A stretch of 64,000 bases of DNA from contig JBBRRY010000001.1 in assembly GCA_038245905.1 (NCBI GenBank), forward strand, positions 96,001-160,000, written 5' to 3'. This DNA is from Thermoanaerobaculia bacterium. GTDB taxonomy: Bacteria; Acidobacteriota; Thermoanaerobaculia; UBA5066. Under the pieces are notes generated by a model. The model made no database searches and was not told the origin of the DNA. It saw only the letters and a program-made list of their open reading frames with translations. Positions 41,891-51,187 of this stretch are shown here, in pieces (within the stretch, counting starts at the first letter, position 1; every line of letters begins with the position of its first letter). Position numbers and translations under genes: made by a program.

Positions 41891-42792
41891 TGCGGCGCCA
41901 CGCGCCGCTCTGGGTCTTCGCCCTCGCGTGTGCCAGCATCGCCGCCGCGGCCGAGAAGGCTCCGTCTCCGGGGGAATGGGCCCGCTACCGCCTAGAGGGA
42001 GTCGCACCGTGGCGCTATGCGCGCCCCGTGGAGGGCGCCGGATATCGCATCGCTCTCTCCTCGCTGGACGGGCGTTCGCTGGAAGCGCGCGTCGAGGTCG
42101 ACGCGGCCCCGCTCATCTCGGACGCCCCGTTTCCTCCGCCGCCGGCGACCCTCTCTACGGAAGGCCGGGCGGTGCTCGCGGATTCGCTCCCGGAGGATTC
42201 CGAGCTGGATTCGCTATCCCGGCGACTCCTCTCGGACACGAAGACGACGCTCGAGGCCGTCGAGCGCGTGATCGCCTTCACCGCCAATCGCATCCGCTAT
42301 GTGCTGCCGGACGGATCCTCCGAATCCGCGTCGGCCACCCTCCGCTCCCGCCGGGGTTCCTGCGTGGGGCGTTCGCTCCTCGCGGCCGAGCTGCTGCTTC
42401 GGGCTGGGGTTCCCGCCCGGCAGGTCACGGGCATCCTCGCCGCCCGGCGTGCCCGGGAGCTCACGCCCGACTCCCGAAACGTCTTCAACGCGGAGCTCGG
42501 CGGTGTCCGTCATCGCTGGATCGAGGTCTTCGTTCCGGGGCTGGGCTGGGTGCCCTCGGATCCCGGTGGACTCGCGAACACGGTCACGGCGCGGCACCTT
42601 GCGCTCGACCGACAGCCGCCCGCAGGCTTCCACGTGGACAGCGCCGAGCGTTCGGCCGAGATGAAGCGGCCCGTCCTCGAGACGGCCGAAGGTGGCCTGA
42701 CCCTCTACCGCCCGCGGGGCGCGAGCGTCGTGGAGGCCGTCGAGGGCGCGCCCCTCGATCCGCGGGCTCTCGCGGCACGCCCGCGCCGCTGA
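41890..42792 (+). CDS. Secreted transglutaminase-like domain protein
   Basis: Signal peptide; GSCVGRS (Cys), [18 protein letters not shown] (His) and GWVPSDP (Asp). Confidence 0.78.
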   Translation: MRRHAPLWVFALACASIAAAAEKAPSPGEWARYRLEGVAPWRYARPVEGAGYRIALSSLDGRSLEARVEVDAAPLISDAPFPPPPATLSTEGRAVLADSLPEDSELDSLSRRLLSDTKTTLEAVERVIAFTANRIRYVLPDGSSESASATLRSRRGSCVGRSLLAAELLLRAGVPARQVTGILAARRARELTPDSRNVFNAELGGVRHRWIEVFVPGLGWVPSDPGGLANTVTARHLALDRQPPAGFHVDSAERSAEMKRPVLETAEGGLTLYRPRGASVVEAVEGAPLDPRALAARPRR

Positions 42793-42829
42793 CGCGAGGC
42801 CGTCCTTGTCGTTTACACTCGCCGGCTCG

Positions 42830-45382
42830 ATGAGCAGCACGACGACGAAGAGCGACGAAATCCACCGGATCGAAGCCAAGTGGCGCGAGCGCTGGGAAGC
42901 GGATCGCGCCGCCTTCGTGGACACGGGAAAGCCCGCGGGCGAAGGAACGTACCTCCTCGTCATGCTCCCTTACCCGTCGGGCGACCGCCTGCACGTCGGG
43001 CACGCCCGGACGTACTTTCTGACCGACGCTCTCCACCGCTTTCTCAGGCAGACCGGCGTGACCGTGTTCTGTCCCATGGGCTGGGACGCCTTTGGCCTTC
43101 CCGCGGAGAACTACGCGATCCAGAAGGGGATTCATCCCCGCATCTCCACGCTTGCGAACATCGCGGCGATGAAGGAACAGTTCCGGGCGTGGGGAGTTCT
43201 CTACGACTGGACGAAGGAAGTCACGACCTGCGAGCCCGAGTACTACCGCTGGAACCAGTGGTTCTTCCTCAGGCTCCTCGAGAAGGGTCTCGCGGTCCGG
43301 AAGAAATCGGCGGTCAACTGGTGCCCCTCGTGCCTCACGGTTCTCGCGAACGAGCAGGCCGAGGGGGGCGTCTGCGAACGCTGCAAGACGCCGGTCGTCC
43401 AGCGCGAGCTGGAGCAGTGGTTCCTGAAGATCACCGACTACGCCGAGCGGCTCCTGGAAGGCCTCGACACGCTCGGCGCATGGCCCGAGAAAGTCGTCAC
43501 GATGCAGCGCAACTGGATCGGCAAGTCCACGGGCGCCGATCTCGACTTCGCGATTCCGTCGCTCGGGGAGACGGTGCGCGTCTTCACGACGCGTCCGGAC
43601 ACCGTGTTCGGCGCGACGGCGCTCATCCTTGCCCCCGAGCACGCGCTCGTGCCGCGCCTGCTCGACAAGCACCCGAAGCGCGCCGAGCTCCAGGCGTGGG
43701 TCAAGTCCGTACGCGACCAGGAGCGCATCGCTCGCGAGGCTGAGGGCGCCGAGAAGGACGGCCGGGACACGGGCGTCAAGGCGGTCAACCCGTTCACCGG
43801 GCAGGAGATTCCTGTATGGATCGCGAACTTCGTGATCGCGAGCTACGGCACAGGCGCCCTCATGGCTGTCCCGGCGCACGACACGCGCGACTTCGAGTTC
43901 GCGAAGAAGTACGACATTCCGATCGTGAAGGTCATCGAGGAGGAGAGGAAAGAAGAAGAGGAAGAAGATTTGCTTAGAAGGGAGGAGGGGGAGGGGCGCG
44001 CGCCGGGAGCGGAAAGCCTCGGCGGGTCGACTGCCTCCGCTTATACGGGCGAAGGCCGCCTCATCGCCTCCGGACCATTCTCAGCAAAATCTTCCTCTTC
44101 CGCTCGCGAGCTGATTGCGGCGGAAGCGGCTCGCCGAGGGATCGGCGGGCCGCGCGTGCGCTACCGGTTGCGCGACTGGCTCATTTCCCGCCAGCGCTAC
44201 TGGGGCACCCCGATCCCCATGATCCACTGCGAGAAGGACGGCTGGCTCCCCGTCCCCGAGAAGGACCTGCCCGTGGTCCTGCCCGCCGACGCGCCGTTCA
44301 CGGGCACGGGAGGCAACCCGCTGGAGAAAGTCGCCTCGTTCGTGAACACGACGTGCCCCCGATGCTCCGGCCCCGCGCGCCGCGAGACGGACACGATGGA
44401 CACCTTCGTGGACTCGTCCTGGTACTACCTGAGGTACCTCGACCCGAAAAACGCCCGGGCGCCGTTCGACCCCGCCATCGCGAAGGAGTGGGCGCCCGTC
44501 GACCAGTACATCGGCGGGATCGAGCACGCGATCCTGCATCTCCTGTACGCGCGCTTTTTCGCGCGCATCCTGAAGGACCTTGGCCTCGTGACGTTCGAGG
44601 AGCCGTTTTCCGCGCTCTTCAACCAGGGCATGATCACGCGCCAGTCCCCGACCGGGCGCGTCGAGAAGATGTCCAAGTCGCGCGGCAATGCGGTGTCGCT
44701 CGACCCGCTCATCGCCGAGAAGGGTGCCGACGCCGTCCGCGCGTTCATCCTCTTCCTCGGACCGCCGGAGAAGGACTCCGAGTGGAGCGACGAGGGGATC
44801 AGCGGCCCCGAGCGTTTCCTCTGGCGGGTGCGGGCCACAGTCGACCGGTTCCTTCAGGCAGGCTCCGATCCGAAGGGCCAGCCTGCGAAGGTCGACACGC
44901 CCGCGGCGCGCGCGCGCCATATGGCTGTGAAGAGGGTCACGGAGGACTTCCGGGCGTTTTCTTTCCACACGGCCGTGGCGCATCTCATGGAATTCCACAA
45001 CCATGCGACGAGTCTCGCCGGCGACGCCGACGCGGACGTGGGGGAGACCGCGACGACCCTCCGGACGCTCGTCACCCTGCTCCATCCCATTGCGCCTCAT
45101 CTGTCCGAGGAGCTTCACGAGCGGATGGGCGGCGCGAAGAGCCTCCTCTTGTCGGGCTGGCCGGCCTTCGATGCGGCGCTCGCGGTGGAGGAATTCGCGT
45201 CGATCGCCGTGCAGATTTCCGGGAAGGTCCGGGCGGAGATCAGGCTCCGACGAGGATCTTCTGAGAAGGAAGCCGTGACCGAGGCGGAATCGAACGGGAT
45301 CATCGTGAAGTGGCTCGACGGCAAGCAACGTGTGAAGACCATCTGGGTGCAGGACCGCCTGCTGAACATCGTGGTGAAGTGA
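42830..45382 (+). CDS. leuS: Leucine--tRNA ligase
   Basis: [47 protein letters not shown] and KMSKS motifs. Confidence 0.97.
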   Translation: MSSTTTKSDEIHRIEAKWRERWEADRAAFVDTGKPAGEGTYLLVMLPYPSGDRLHVGHARTYFLTDALHRFLRQTGVTVFCPMGWDAFGLPAENYAIQKGIHPRISTLANIAAMKEQFRAWGVLYDWTKEVTTCEPEYYRWNQWFFLRLLEKGLAVRKKSAVNWCPSCLTVLANEQAEGGVCERCKTPVVQRELEQWFLKITDYAERLLEGLDTLGAWPEKVVTMQRNWIGKSTGADLDFAIPSLGETVRVFTTRPDTVFGATALILAPEHALVPRLLDKHPKRAELQAWVKSVRDQERIAREAEGAEKDGRDTGVKAVNPFTGQEIPVWIANFVIASYGTGALMAVPAHDTRDFEFAKKYDIPIVKVIEEERKEEEEEDLLRREEGEGRAPGAESLGGSTASAYTGEGRLIASGPFSAKSSSSARELIAAEAARRGIGGPRVRYRLRDWLISRQRYWGTPIPMIHCEKDGWLPVPEKDLPVVLPADAPFTGTGGNPLEKVASFVNTTCPRCSGPARRETDTMDTFVDSSWYYLRYLDPKNARAPFDPAIAKEWAPVDQYIGGIEHAILHLLYARFFARILKDLGLVTFEEPFSALFNQGMITRQSPTGRVEKMSKSRGNAVSLDPLIAEKGADAVRAFILFLGPPEKDSEWSDEGISGPERFLWRVRATVDRFLQAGSDPKGQPAKVDTPAARARHMAVKRVTEDFRAFSFHTAVAHLMEFHNHATSLAGDADADVGETATTLRTLVTLLHPIAPHLSEELHERMGGAKSLLLSGWPAFDAALAVEEFASIAVQISGKVRAEIRLRRGSSEKEAVTEAESNGIIVKWLDGKQRVKTIWVQDRLLNIVVK
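43937..44101. repeat. Convergent pair of the dispersed GAAGATT motif, in leuS
   Basis: + GAGGAGGAGAGGAAAGAAGAAGAGGAAGAAGATTTGCTTAGAAGGGAGGAGGGGGAGGGG (43937-43996); - GGAAGAGGAAGATTTTGCTGAGAATGG (44075-44101). Confidence 0.8.
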
Positions 45383-45900
45383 AACTCTCTGTCTTCTTCT
45401 TTGTCTTTCTGTTCGCGCTGTCATCTTCGAGTTGCGGCTATGGGTTGGTCGGGACTGGGTCGAGCGCGCTTCCCGCGGCCGTCAAGACCGTTTACGTGGC
45501 GCAGTTCGTCAACGACACGACGGCCGTCGGCCTGGAGCAGCGCCTCACGGACGCCGTCATCCGCGAGTTGTCTGCGCGCGGGCGCCTAAAATCGGTTTCG
45601 GACCGGTCGGCAGCGGACTCGGAGCTCGTTGGGCATCTGACGTCCTGCAACGTCGCGCCCGTGCGCTTCGACGCGAACGGGATCGCGGTCGAGTATCAGG
45701 TGACTGTGACGGGAAAGTTCGTCCTCACGGATAAGGCGACGGACAAGCCGATTTTCGCGGAGCCCGCTTACCTGTTCCGGCAGCCGTACACGGTGCCGTC
45801 GAGCGCGAGCTCGTACTACGACCGGGAGCGGGAGGCCATCGACGCCATGGCCCGCCCGTTCGCGCAGAACCTCGTCACGACGATTCTGGAAGGGTTCTAA
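45379..45900 (+). CDS. lptE: LPS assembly lipoprotein LptE
   Basis: Lipoprotein signal ending SSSCGYG; canonical position after leuS; GTGA overlap with the leuS stop. Confidence 0.82.
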   Translation: MKLSVFFFVFLFALSSSSCGYGLVGTGSSALPAAVKTVYVAQFVNDTTAVGLEQRLTDAVIRELSARGRLKSVSDRSAADSELVGHLTSCNVAPVRFDANGIAVEYQVTVTGKFVLTDKATDKPIFAEPAYLFRQPYTVPSSASSYYDREREAIDAMARPFAQNLVTTILEGF

Positions 45901-45918
45901 CCGGCGAGCCGCCCGCGT

Positions 45919-46197
45919 TTACTTTTTCGCGACGGACTTCTTCGCCTTGTTCACGGTCTTCGAAATGCGTGATTTCAGGCGGGATGCTGTCTTCCTGTGG
46001 AGGACGCCCTTGCGGACGGCGACGTCGAGGTCGGAGACTGCGTTCGAGAGGAGATTGCCTGCTTTCTCGGCCTCGGTCTCCGCCGTCTTGCGCAGGTTCT
46101 TCACGAGATTACGGACCTTCGTCACGACGGAGCGGTTGCGGACCCTGCGGCGATCGCTCTGCGCGGCGCGTTTCTTGGCTTGCTTGGTGTTGGCCAT
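45919..46197 (-). CDS. rpsT: 30S ribosomal protein S20
   Basis: MANTKQAKKR...RN...KGVLHRKTASRLKSR. Confidence 0.96.
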   Translation of the reverse strand: MANTKQAKKRAAQSDRRRVRNRSVVTKVRNLVKNLRKTAETEAEKAGNLLSNAVSDLDVAVRKGVLHRKTASRLKSRISKTVNKAKKSVAKK

Positions 46198-46221
46198 GGG
46201 AGTTCGGGTGTACCTTTCTGT

Positions 46222-47124
46222 TCAGCGGGAATCGCCGCCGAGGGACTTGAGGCGCTGGCGCGCGCTCTTGGCCTCGTCGGAGCCAGGAAACTGGTTGACG
46301 ACAAAATTCAACTCGACCATGCCCTGAGCCTTCTCTCCCAGTTCGAGGTGGGCGATGCCCTTCTTGAGGTGGGCGGCCGGGGCCTTGTCGCTCTGGGGGT
46401 AGGAGCGGAAGAGCTTGTCGAACGCGGCGATCGCTTCCCGCGGCTTCTTCTGTGCCGACCAGCATTCGCCGGCCCAGTAGAGGGCGTCATCCGACAGGTC
46501 GGTGTGCGGGAACTTATCGGCGTAATCCTCGAAACCCTGCCGCGAGAGGTCGTATCGGCCCCGCTGGTAGTCGGCCGTCGCCTGAGCGAAGAGGTCGGCG
46601 GGCGTGATGCCGCCGCCGCGCGGCGCGGTGCCTGCTCCGGGCGCGGCAGCGAGACCCGCACCCACAGGAGGCGTTCCGCCGAGCGCCGAAGCGGCCGAGG
46701 GAGCGGAGGTGGGCGCGGAGGGGTTGCCCACGGTGGTACCCGCGGGCGCGGTCGAGGTATGCGTCTGCGATTCGGCGATCTGCTGCGAGAGCTGAGTCAG
46801 GCGCCGGTTGGCGTCCTCGAGCTTGCCCGCGAGAGCCTGCATCTCGCGCGTCAAGTCGTCAAATTTCGTTCCGAGATCGGCATTCGAGCGCAGCAGAGTC
46901 TCCGCCTGTCTGGCGAGCCTCTCGCTCAGCTTCGCGACCTCGTCCTTGGAAGACGATTGCTTGGCGACCACGTCGACTTCCTTCTCGACTGTCGAAAGGT
47001 GCTTGTGAAGGCCGTCGATGTCGCTCCCGCTGACGCACCCGACGGCCGCCGCGAGAAACCCCGCGGCGGCGACGGAACGAATGGCGCGCGAGGCGCGCTC
47101 CCCGTTCACTTCCTCCCCGTTCAT
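46222..47124 (-). CDS. cpoB: Tol-Pal system protein CpoB/YbgF (coiled coil plus TPR)
   Basis: Lipoprotein-like signal, coiled coil, TPRs (DDALYWAGE, YPQSDKAPAA); lies downstream of pal. Confidence 0.85.
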   Translation of the reverse strand: MNGEEVNGERASRAIRSVAAAGFLAAAVGCVSGSDIDGLHKHLSTVEKEVDVVAKQSSSKDEVAKLSERLARQAETLLRSNADLGTKFDDLTREMQALAGKLEDANRRLTQLSQQIAESQTHTSTAPAGTTVGNPSAPTSAPSAASALGGTPPVGAGLAAAPGAGTAPRGGGITPADLFAQATADYQRGRYDLSRQGFEDYADKFPHTDLSDDALYWAGECWSAQKKPREAIAAFDKLFRSYPQSDKAPAAHLKKGIAHLELGEKAQGMVELNFVVNQFPGSDEAKSARQRLKSLGGDSR

Positions 47125-47675
47125 TTACCGGTGACGACGAAGTGGGCGCGGCGGTTCTTCTGCCACGAGTCTTCGTCGTGTCCGGTGGCGAAGGGACGCT
47201 CTTTGCCGTACGAAACGGTCTTGACCCGGGACGCGTCGACGCCGAGGGAGACGAGGTAGTCCTTCGCGGCGTTCGCGCGGCGGTCGCCGAGGGCGAGGTT
47301 GTACTGCGCCGTGCCGCGATCGTCGGTGTGGCCTTCAATCGTGAACTGAACGGAGGGGTACTTCTTCAGCCAGGTCGCGTTCGTGGCGAGGACGTCGCGA
47401 GAGTCGCCACGGATGTCGGCCTTGTCGTAGTCGAAGAACGCGGGCTTGAGCATGCCGCTCAGCTCGTTGATCGACCTCCCCGAAATGTCCGCATCAATCT
47501 TCGGCGTCGGCTTCGGCGTGGGCGTGGCGACCGGCTCGACCGTGACGACGGTGGGCGTCGAAACGGGCGCGGGCGTCGGCGCGGGCATCGGCGCGGCGGG
47601 TGGTTTGCTGGAACACGCCACGACGAATGCGACGGCAGCAAGGGTGATGGAACCGGCCTTGAGGGAATGCTTCAT
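47121..47675 (-). CDS. pal: Peptidoglycan-associated lipoprotein Pal
   Basis: Lipobox VVAC; FFDYDKA, IEGHTDDRG, YNLALGDRRA, SYGKERP and NRRAHF motifs. Confidence 0.94.
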   Translation of the reverse strand: MKHSLKAGSITLAAVAFVVACSSKPPAAPMPAPTPAPVSTPTVVTVEPVATPTPKPTPKIDADISGRSINELSGMLKPAFFDYDKADIRGDSRDVLATNATWLKKYPSVQFTIEGHTDDRGTAQYNLALGDRRANAAKDYLVSLGVDASRVKTVSYGKERPFATGHDEDSWQKNRRAHFVVTGK

Positions 47676-47737
47676 GGATCGAGCCTCCGTTAGTTGCAGG
47701 ATGGGGGGAAAGCCGGGCGGCGCTCCCCGTGGGGTCA

Positions 47738-49144
47738 CTATTCTAGCGTCTTGACCCACGAGGGGGAATAATTGTTCCCGGAAGACGTCACGTTGCGCGC
47801 CGTTCCACTTCCGTCGGCGTTTCCGACGGCAATCTGGGTCGAGCTGCCGCGCTGCACTTCCCAGGCGATCTTCGAGCCGTCCGGGGACCACGTGGGCCCT
47901 TCGTGGGCGCCGGGCCCGCTGGAAATCTGCACCGTCCGGCCTGAGGAGAGATCCATGACGCAGATCTGAAAATCGCCCTCGTTCCGGCAGGCGAACGCAA
48001 GGCGCCCGCCGTCCGGGGAGAACGCGGCCTCGTCGTTCCAGTTTCCGGCCAACGTCACGCGCCGGACGTTCGCGCCCTCGAGGTCCATCATGAAGATCTG
48101 CGGCGAGCCCTGCCGATTGGACGTGAACGCGAGCTCCCGGCCGTTCGGGGACCAGCGGGGCGTGGAGTCGATCGCCGCGTTCTCGGTGAGGCGCTTCAGA
48201 GAGGAGCCGTCCGTCTGGACGGTGAAGATCTCCGTGTTACCCCGCACGCTGCCACAGAACGCAATCGTCCTGCCGTCGGGGGAGAACGACGGGGACGCAT
48301 TGAGCTGCGTCGGGACCGGAATGGGCCGCTTGTCGGTCCCGTCCTTGCCGATGAGCCACAGACCCGGCGTGTCCTTCTCGTAGGACTGGTAGACGATCTT
48401 CGTCCCGTCGGGCGACCAGTCGGGAGCGAGCGACAGCGTGCGCGAGCTCGTGATGCGCCGTTGGTTCTCACCGTCGAAGTCCATCGTGTAGATCTCCTTG
48501 ACGCGCGGCTCGTCGCGGTCGGAGGAGAAGGCGAGCTTCGTGAGGAACGGCCCGGGCTTGCCGGTGAACTGGCGCACGAGGTCGCTCGCCAGCGTATGGG
48601 CAATGCGGCGCGCGGCGCGGTTCTCGCCCGTGTACTTCTTGCTCAGGATGGACCTGAGCGTGCCGAGGTCCCACAGCAGCGCCTCGACGATCACGTTCCC
48701 GCCGTCCGGCGACATGTGCGTGTCGAGGAGGAACTGGGCAGACGTGGCTTTCCACGCGTCGCCCTCTTCGCGGTTCTGCGGAGGGCGCATCGCCTTCGGG
48801 TAGAGCGTCGGATCGGCCACGACGAAGACCCCCGAACCCGCGAGGTCGTCGGACAGCGTCGTGTAGAACGGATCGACGGCCCTCGTCTGGAGATCCGTCT
48901 GGAGCGGCGCGATCGTCATCGGGATCGCGAGCGGGCGGCGCGCGTTCGAGCTGCCCGTGATCGTGATGTCGATGTTGGAGGCCTGCGGGAAACCGGAGGG
49001 AGTCGAGGATGTCGAGGACGTCGCCGGGGCGGGCGCCGAGGGCCGAGTCGCCGACTTCGGCGCCTGCCCGAGGACGGGAGCGGCACAGACGAGAGCAGCC
49101 GCAAGCATCAGCGCGCCGGCTCTCCTGAATCCCTCGAAGAACAT
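47738..49144 (-). CDS. tolB: Tol-Pal beta-propeller protein TolB
   Basis: Signal peptide, TolB-N (RRIAH), multiple PD40 repeats (PDWSPDG, PSFSPDG, PRWSPNG). ATG 49144 preferred over GTG 49216. Confidence 0.88.
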   Translation of the reverse strand: MFFEGFRRAGALMLAAALVCAAPVLGQAPKSATRPSAPAPATSSTSSTPSGFPQASNIDITITGSSNARRPLAIPMTIAPLQTDLQTRAVDPFYTTLSDDLAGSGVFVVADPTLYPKAMRPPQNREEGDAWKATSAQFLLDTHMSPDGGNVIVEALLWDLGTLRSILSKKYTGENRAARRIAHTLASDLVRQFTGKPGPFLTKLAFSSDRDEPRVKEIYTMDFDGENQRRITSSRTLSLAPDWSPDGTKIVYQSYEKDTPGLWLIGKDGTDKRPIPVPTQLNASPSFSPDGRTIAFCGSVRGNTEIFTVQTDGSSLKRLTENAAIDSTPRWSPNGRELAFTSNRQGSPQIFMMDLEGANVRRVTLAGNWNDEAAFSPDGGRLAFACRNEGDFQICVMDLSSGRTVQISSGPGAHEGPTWSPDGSKIAWEVQRGSSTQIAVGNADGSGTARNVTSSGNNYSPSWVKTLE

Positions 49145-49213
49145 CTTCTCTCTCTGTCTTACCTTCAAAGTAATCTCTTCTTCTCTTTCTTCTTCTCTCA
49201 ACAACTTCCCCTT
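49131..49213 (-). repeat. Tandem copies of the GAAGATT motif in a purine tract between tolA and tolB
   Basis: Minus strand reads AGGGGAAGTTGTTGAGAGAAGAAGAAAGAGAAGAAGAGATTACTTTGAAGGTAAGACAGAGAGAGAAGATGTTCTTCGAGGG. Confidence 0.7.
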
Positions 49214-49992
49214 CACTGGAATTTCAGATGCACGCCGAGCGAATCGTTGCGGTAGTCGGGCGGCAACGGCGGGAGCGGGTTCGCGGCGTACACGGCGCGC
49301 GCCGCGGCCCGGTCGTAGTAGCTCACGCCCGACGTGGAATCTACCTTGACCTCCGTCACCTGTCCGGAGCGGAGGACGCGAAAAGAGACGACACAGCTCA
49401 CGCTTTCGGCCGACTCCGGCTTGAACCAGTTCGCGCCGATGAGGGACAGCAGCTGTTCGACGTAATAGGCGAAGGGAAAGTCGGCGTCAAGGGACGTCAC
49501 CGACGCCCCGAAAGAGATGCCGGCGCCCGACGTCGAGCCGTTGGCGACCCCGGCGGCGCTCGGCAGCTCGAGCGCCGGCCCGGTTGCCCTCGGAGCGGCG
49601 GCCGGCAGCTTCGCTTTCTCCGGCTTCGCAGGCTTCTTCGGCTCGGGCAACGCCTTCGCTGAAGGGAGGATCTTCTCCGCGGGTTTCTCGATTGCGGGCC
49701 TGGCCTTGACGCGCGCGGGCAGCGCTTCCGCTGGCGCCGGCGCGGGCGCGGGTGCCGCCTCGGGCCGGCCGAGGAACGCCGGGCTCACGACGCGGACGGG
49801 TAGAGACATCGGCATGAAGACGGGAGTCTTCCGGGGGCGGCCAACGAGGAGCAGCATCGCGAGGAAGCCTGCGTGCGCGAAGACGGAAACGGCAGCCGTC
49901 AGGCCCCGGGGTGCCCGCCCGCCTTTCGCGCGCCGCTCGAGGATGTCCGAGACGGTCGGCGGCCCGGCAAGAGCGGCCGCAGGCGTCGTCAA
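49213..49992 (-). CDS. TolA/TonB family energy transducer
   Basis: TM helix with SVFAH (SxxxH), Pro/Ala/Lys-rich linker, TonB_C-like domain (SGVSYYDRAA.RAV..ANPLPPLP). Confidence 0.82.
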   Translation of the reverse strand: MTTPAAALAGPPTVSDILERRAKGGRAPRGLTAAVSVFAHAGFLAMLLLVGRPRKTPVFMPMSLPVRVVSPAFLGRPEAAPAPAPAPAEALPARVKARPAIEKPAEKILPSAKALPEPKKPAKPEKAKLPAAAPRATGPALELPSAAGVANGSTSGAGISFGASVTSLDADFPFAYYVEQLLSLIGANWFKPESAESVSCVVSFRVLRSGQVTEVKVDSTSGVSYYDRAAARAVYAANPLPPLPPDYRNDSLGVHLKFQ

Positions 49993-50411
49993 GGAGCGCC
50001 CTCGCTCTTGAGCTCGGTGACCATCCCGAGGCTCTCGACGCCCAGCCGGTTCAGCGTGTCCATGGTCTCGACGACGACGCCATATGCGAGGTTGCGGTCC
50101 GCCTTCAGGTACACGGCTTTGTCGCGCCGGCGCGAGAGGATGAGCTTGAGCCTCTCCTTGAGCTGCGTCTTCGGAATGGGAGTCTCGTTAAGGTAGTAGT
50201 TCCCGTTCTTCGTGATCGAGAGGATGAGCGGGTCTTCGGGCGTCTTCGGAAGGTTCTGGGCGACGGACTTCGGGAGCTGGACCTCGACGCCCTGGTGCAG
50301 GAGCGGCGCGGTGACCATGAAGATGACGAGGAGGACGAGCATGACGTCGACGAGCGGCGTCACGTTGATGTCCGAGAAGGTGTCCGCGTCGTCGTCGAGC
50401 TTGAAAGCCAC
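49989..50411 (-). CDS. tolR: TolR/ExbD biopolymer transport protein
   Basis: INVTPLVDVMLVLLVIFMVTAP and KADR..YG motifs. Confidence 0.9.
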   Translation of the reverse strand: MAFKLDDDADTFSDINVTPLVDVMLVLLVIFMVTAPLLHQGVEVQLPKSVAQNLPKTPEDPLILSITKNGNYYLNETPIPKTQLKERLKLILSRRRDKAVYLKADRNLAYGVVVETMDTLNRLGVESLGMVTELKSEGAP

Positions 50412-50421
50412 GTTCCGCCCT

Positions 50422-51117
50422 CTAGGTGAAGTGGCGCTCGGCCAGGTTCATGAACTCGAGAGCGAAGTCGCGCATTTCCGCGCGCGCGATGCGCATCTTT
50501 CCGCCGAAGTTGTTGTACGCGATGAGCGCTGGCACGGCCGCCACGAGGCCGGCCGCCGTGTTGATCAAGGCCTCGGCGATGCCGGGCGCGACGACGACGA
50601 TCGACGTCGAGCCCTTCTGGGCGATCTGCGAGAACGCGATCATGATGCCCATCACCGTCCCGAAGAGGCCGATGAAGGGCGTCGCGGAGGCCGTCGTTGC
50701 GAGAAAAGGCAGCCCGCGCGTGAGGCGAGTCGTCTCGACCCCGGCGGCGCGCTCCAGCGCGCGCTCGATCGACGCGAGACTCTTGACGAAAAGGCGGCCG
50801 GTGTCGGCGGGCGCCACCTCGCGGCCGTCCTTCACCTGCTGGTCCAGCTCGGCGTAGCCCGCGCGAAAAATGCCGACGAGCGGACTCGATTCGCACTTGT
50901 CGCAGATCCCGAGCACGTCGGCGAACTTCCGGCTCTTCCGAAAGTGGTTCAGGAACGCCCGCGAGTCGGATGCGGCGCGTGAGAAACTCCAGATTCGGCC
51001 GATGATGATTGCCCACGACACCAGTGAGAAGAACGCGAGAACGAGCAGGACGGCTTTGGCCGTCGGTCCCGCTGCGGTGAAAAGCTGGACAATGTTCGAG
51101 CCGCCGGTTTCCGTCAT
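50422..51117 (-). CDS. tolQ: TolQ/ExbB proton channel protein
   Basis: LATTASATPFIGLFGTVMGIM and VAPGIAEALINTAAGL..AVPA motifs. Confidence 0.9.
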   Translation of the reverse strand: MTETGGSNIVQLFTAAGPTAKAVLLVLAFFSLVSWAIIIGRIWSFSRAASDSRAFLNHFRKSRKFADVLGICDKCESSPLVGIFRAGYAELDQQVKDGREVAPADTGRLFVKSLASIERALERAAGVETTRLTRGLPFLATTASATPFIGLFGTVMGIMIAFSQIAQKGSTSIVVVAPGIAEALINTAAGLVAAVPALIAYNNFGGKMRIARAEMRDFALEFMNLAERHFT

Positions 51118-51187
51118 GGGTTCTCGTGACTCCCTCTCGGGATGCGTTCCGCGACGGACCCGTCTCGGGCCGTCCCGTCAAGGTAGC

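Noticed and set aside
45383-45430. Pyrimidine tract at the lptE 5' end as a motif copy
   Set aside because: No AATC core; it can be explained by the Phe/Leu/Ser-rich signal peptide, although it follows a weak + copy at 45252.
47500-47600. Pro/Thr/Ala repeats in Pal (and the TolA and CpoB linkers)
   Set aside because: Ordinary flexible linkers with normal GC-rich codons.
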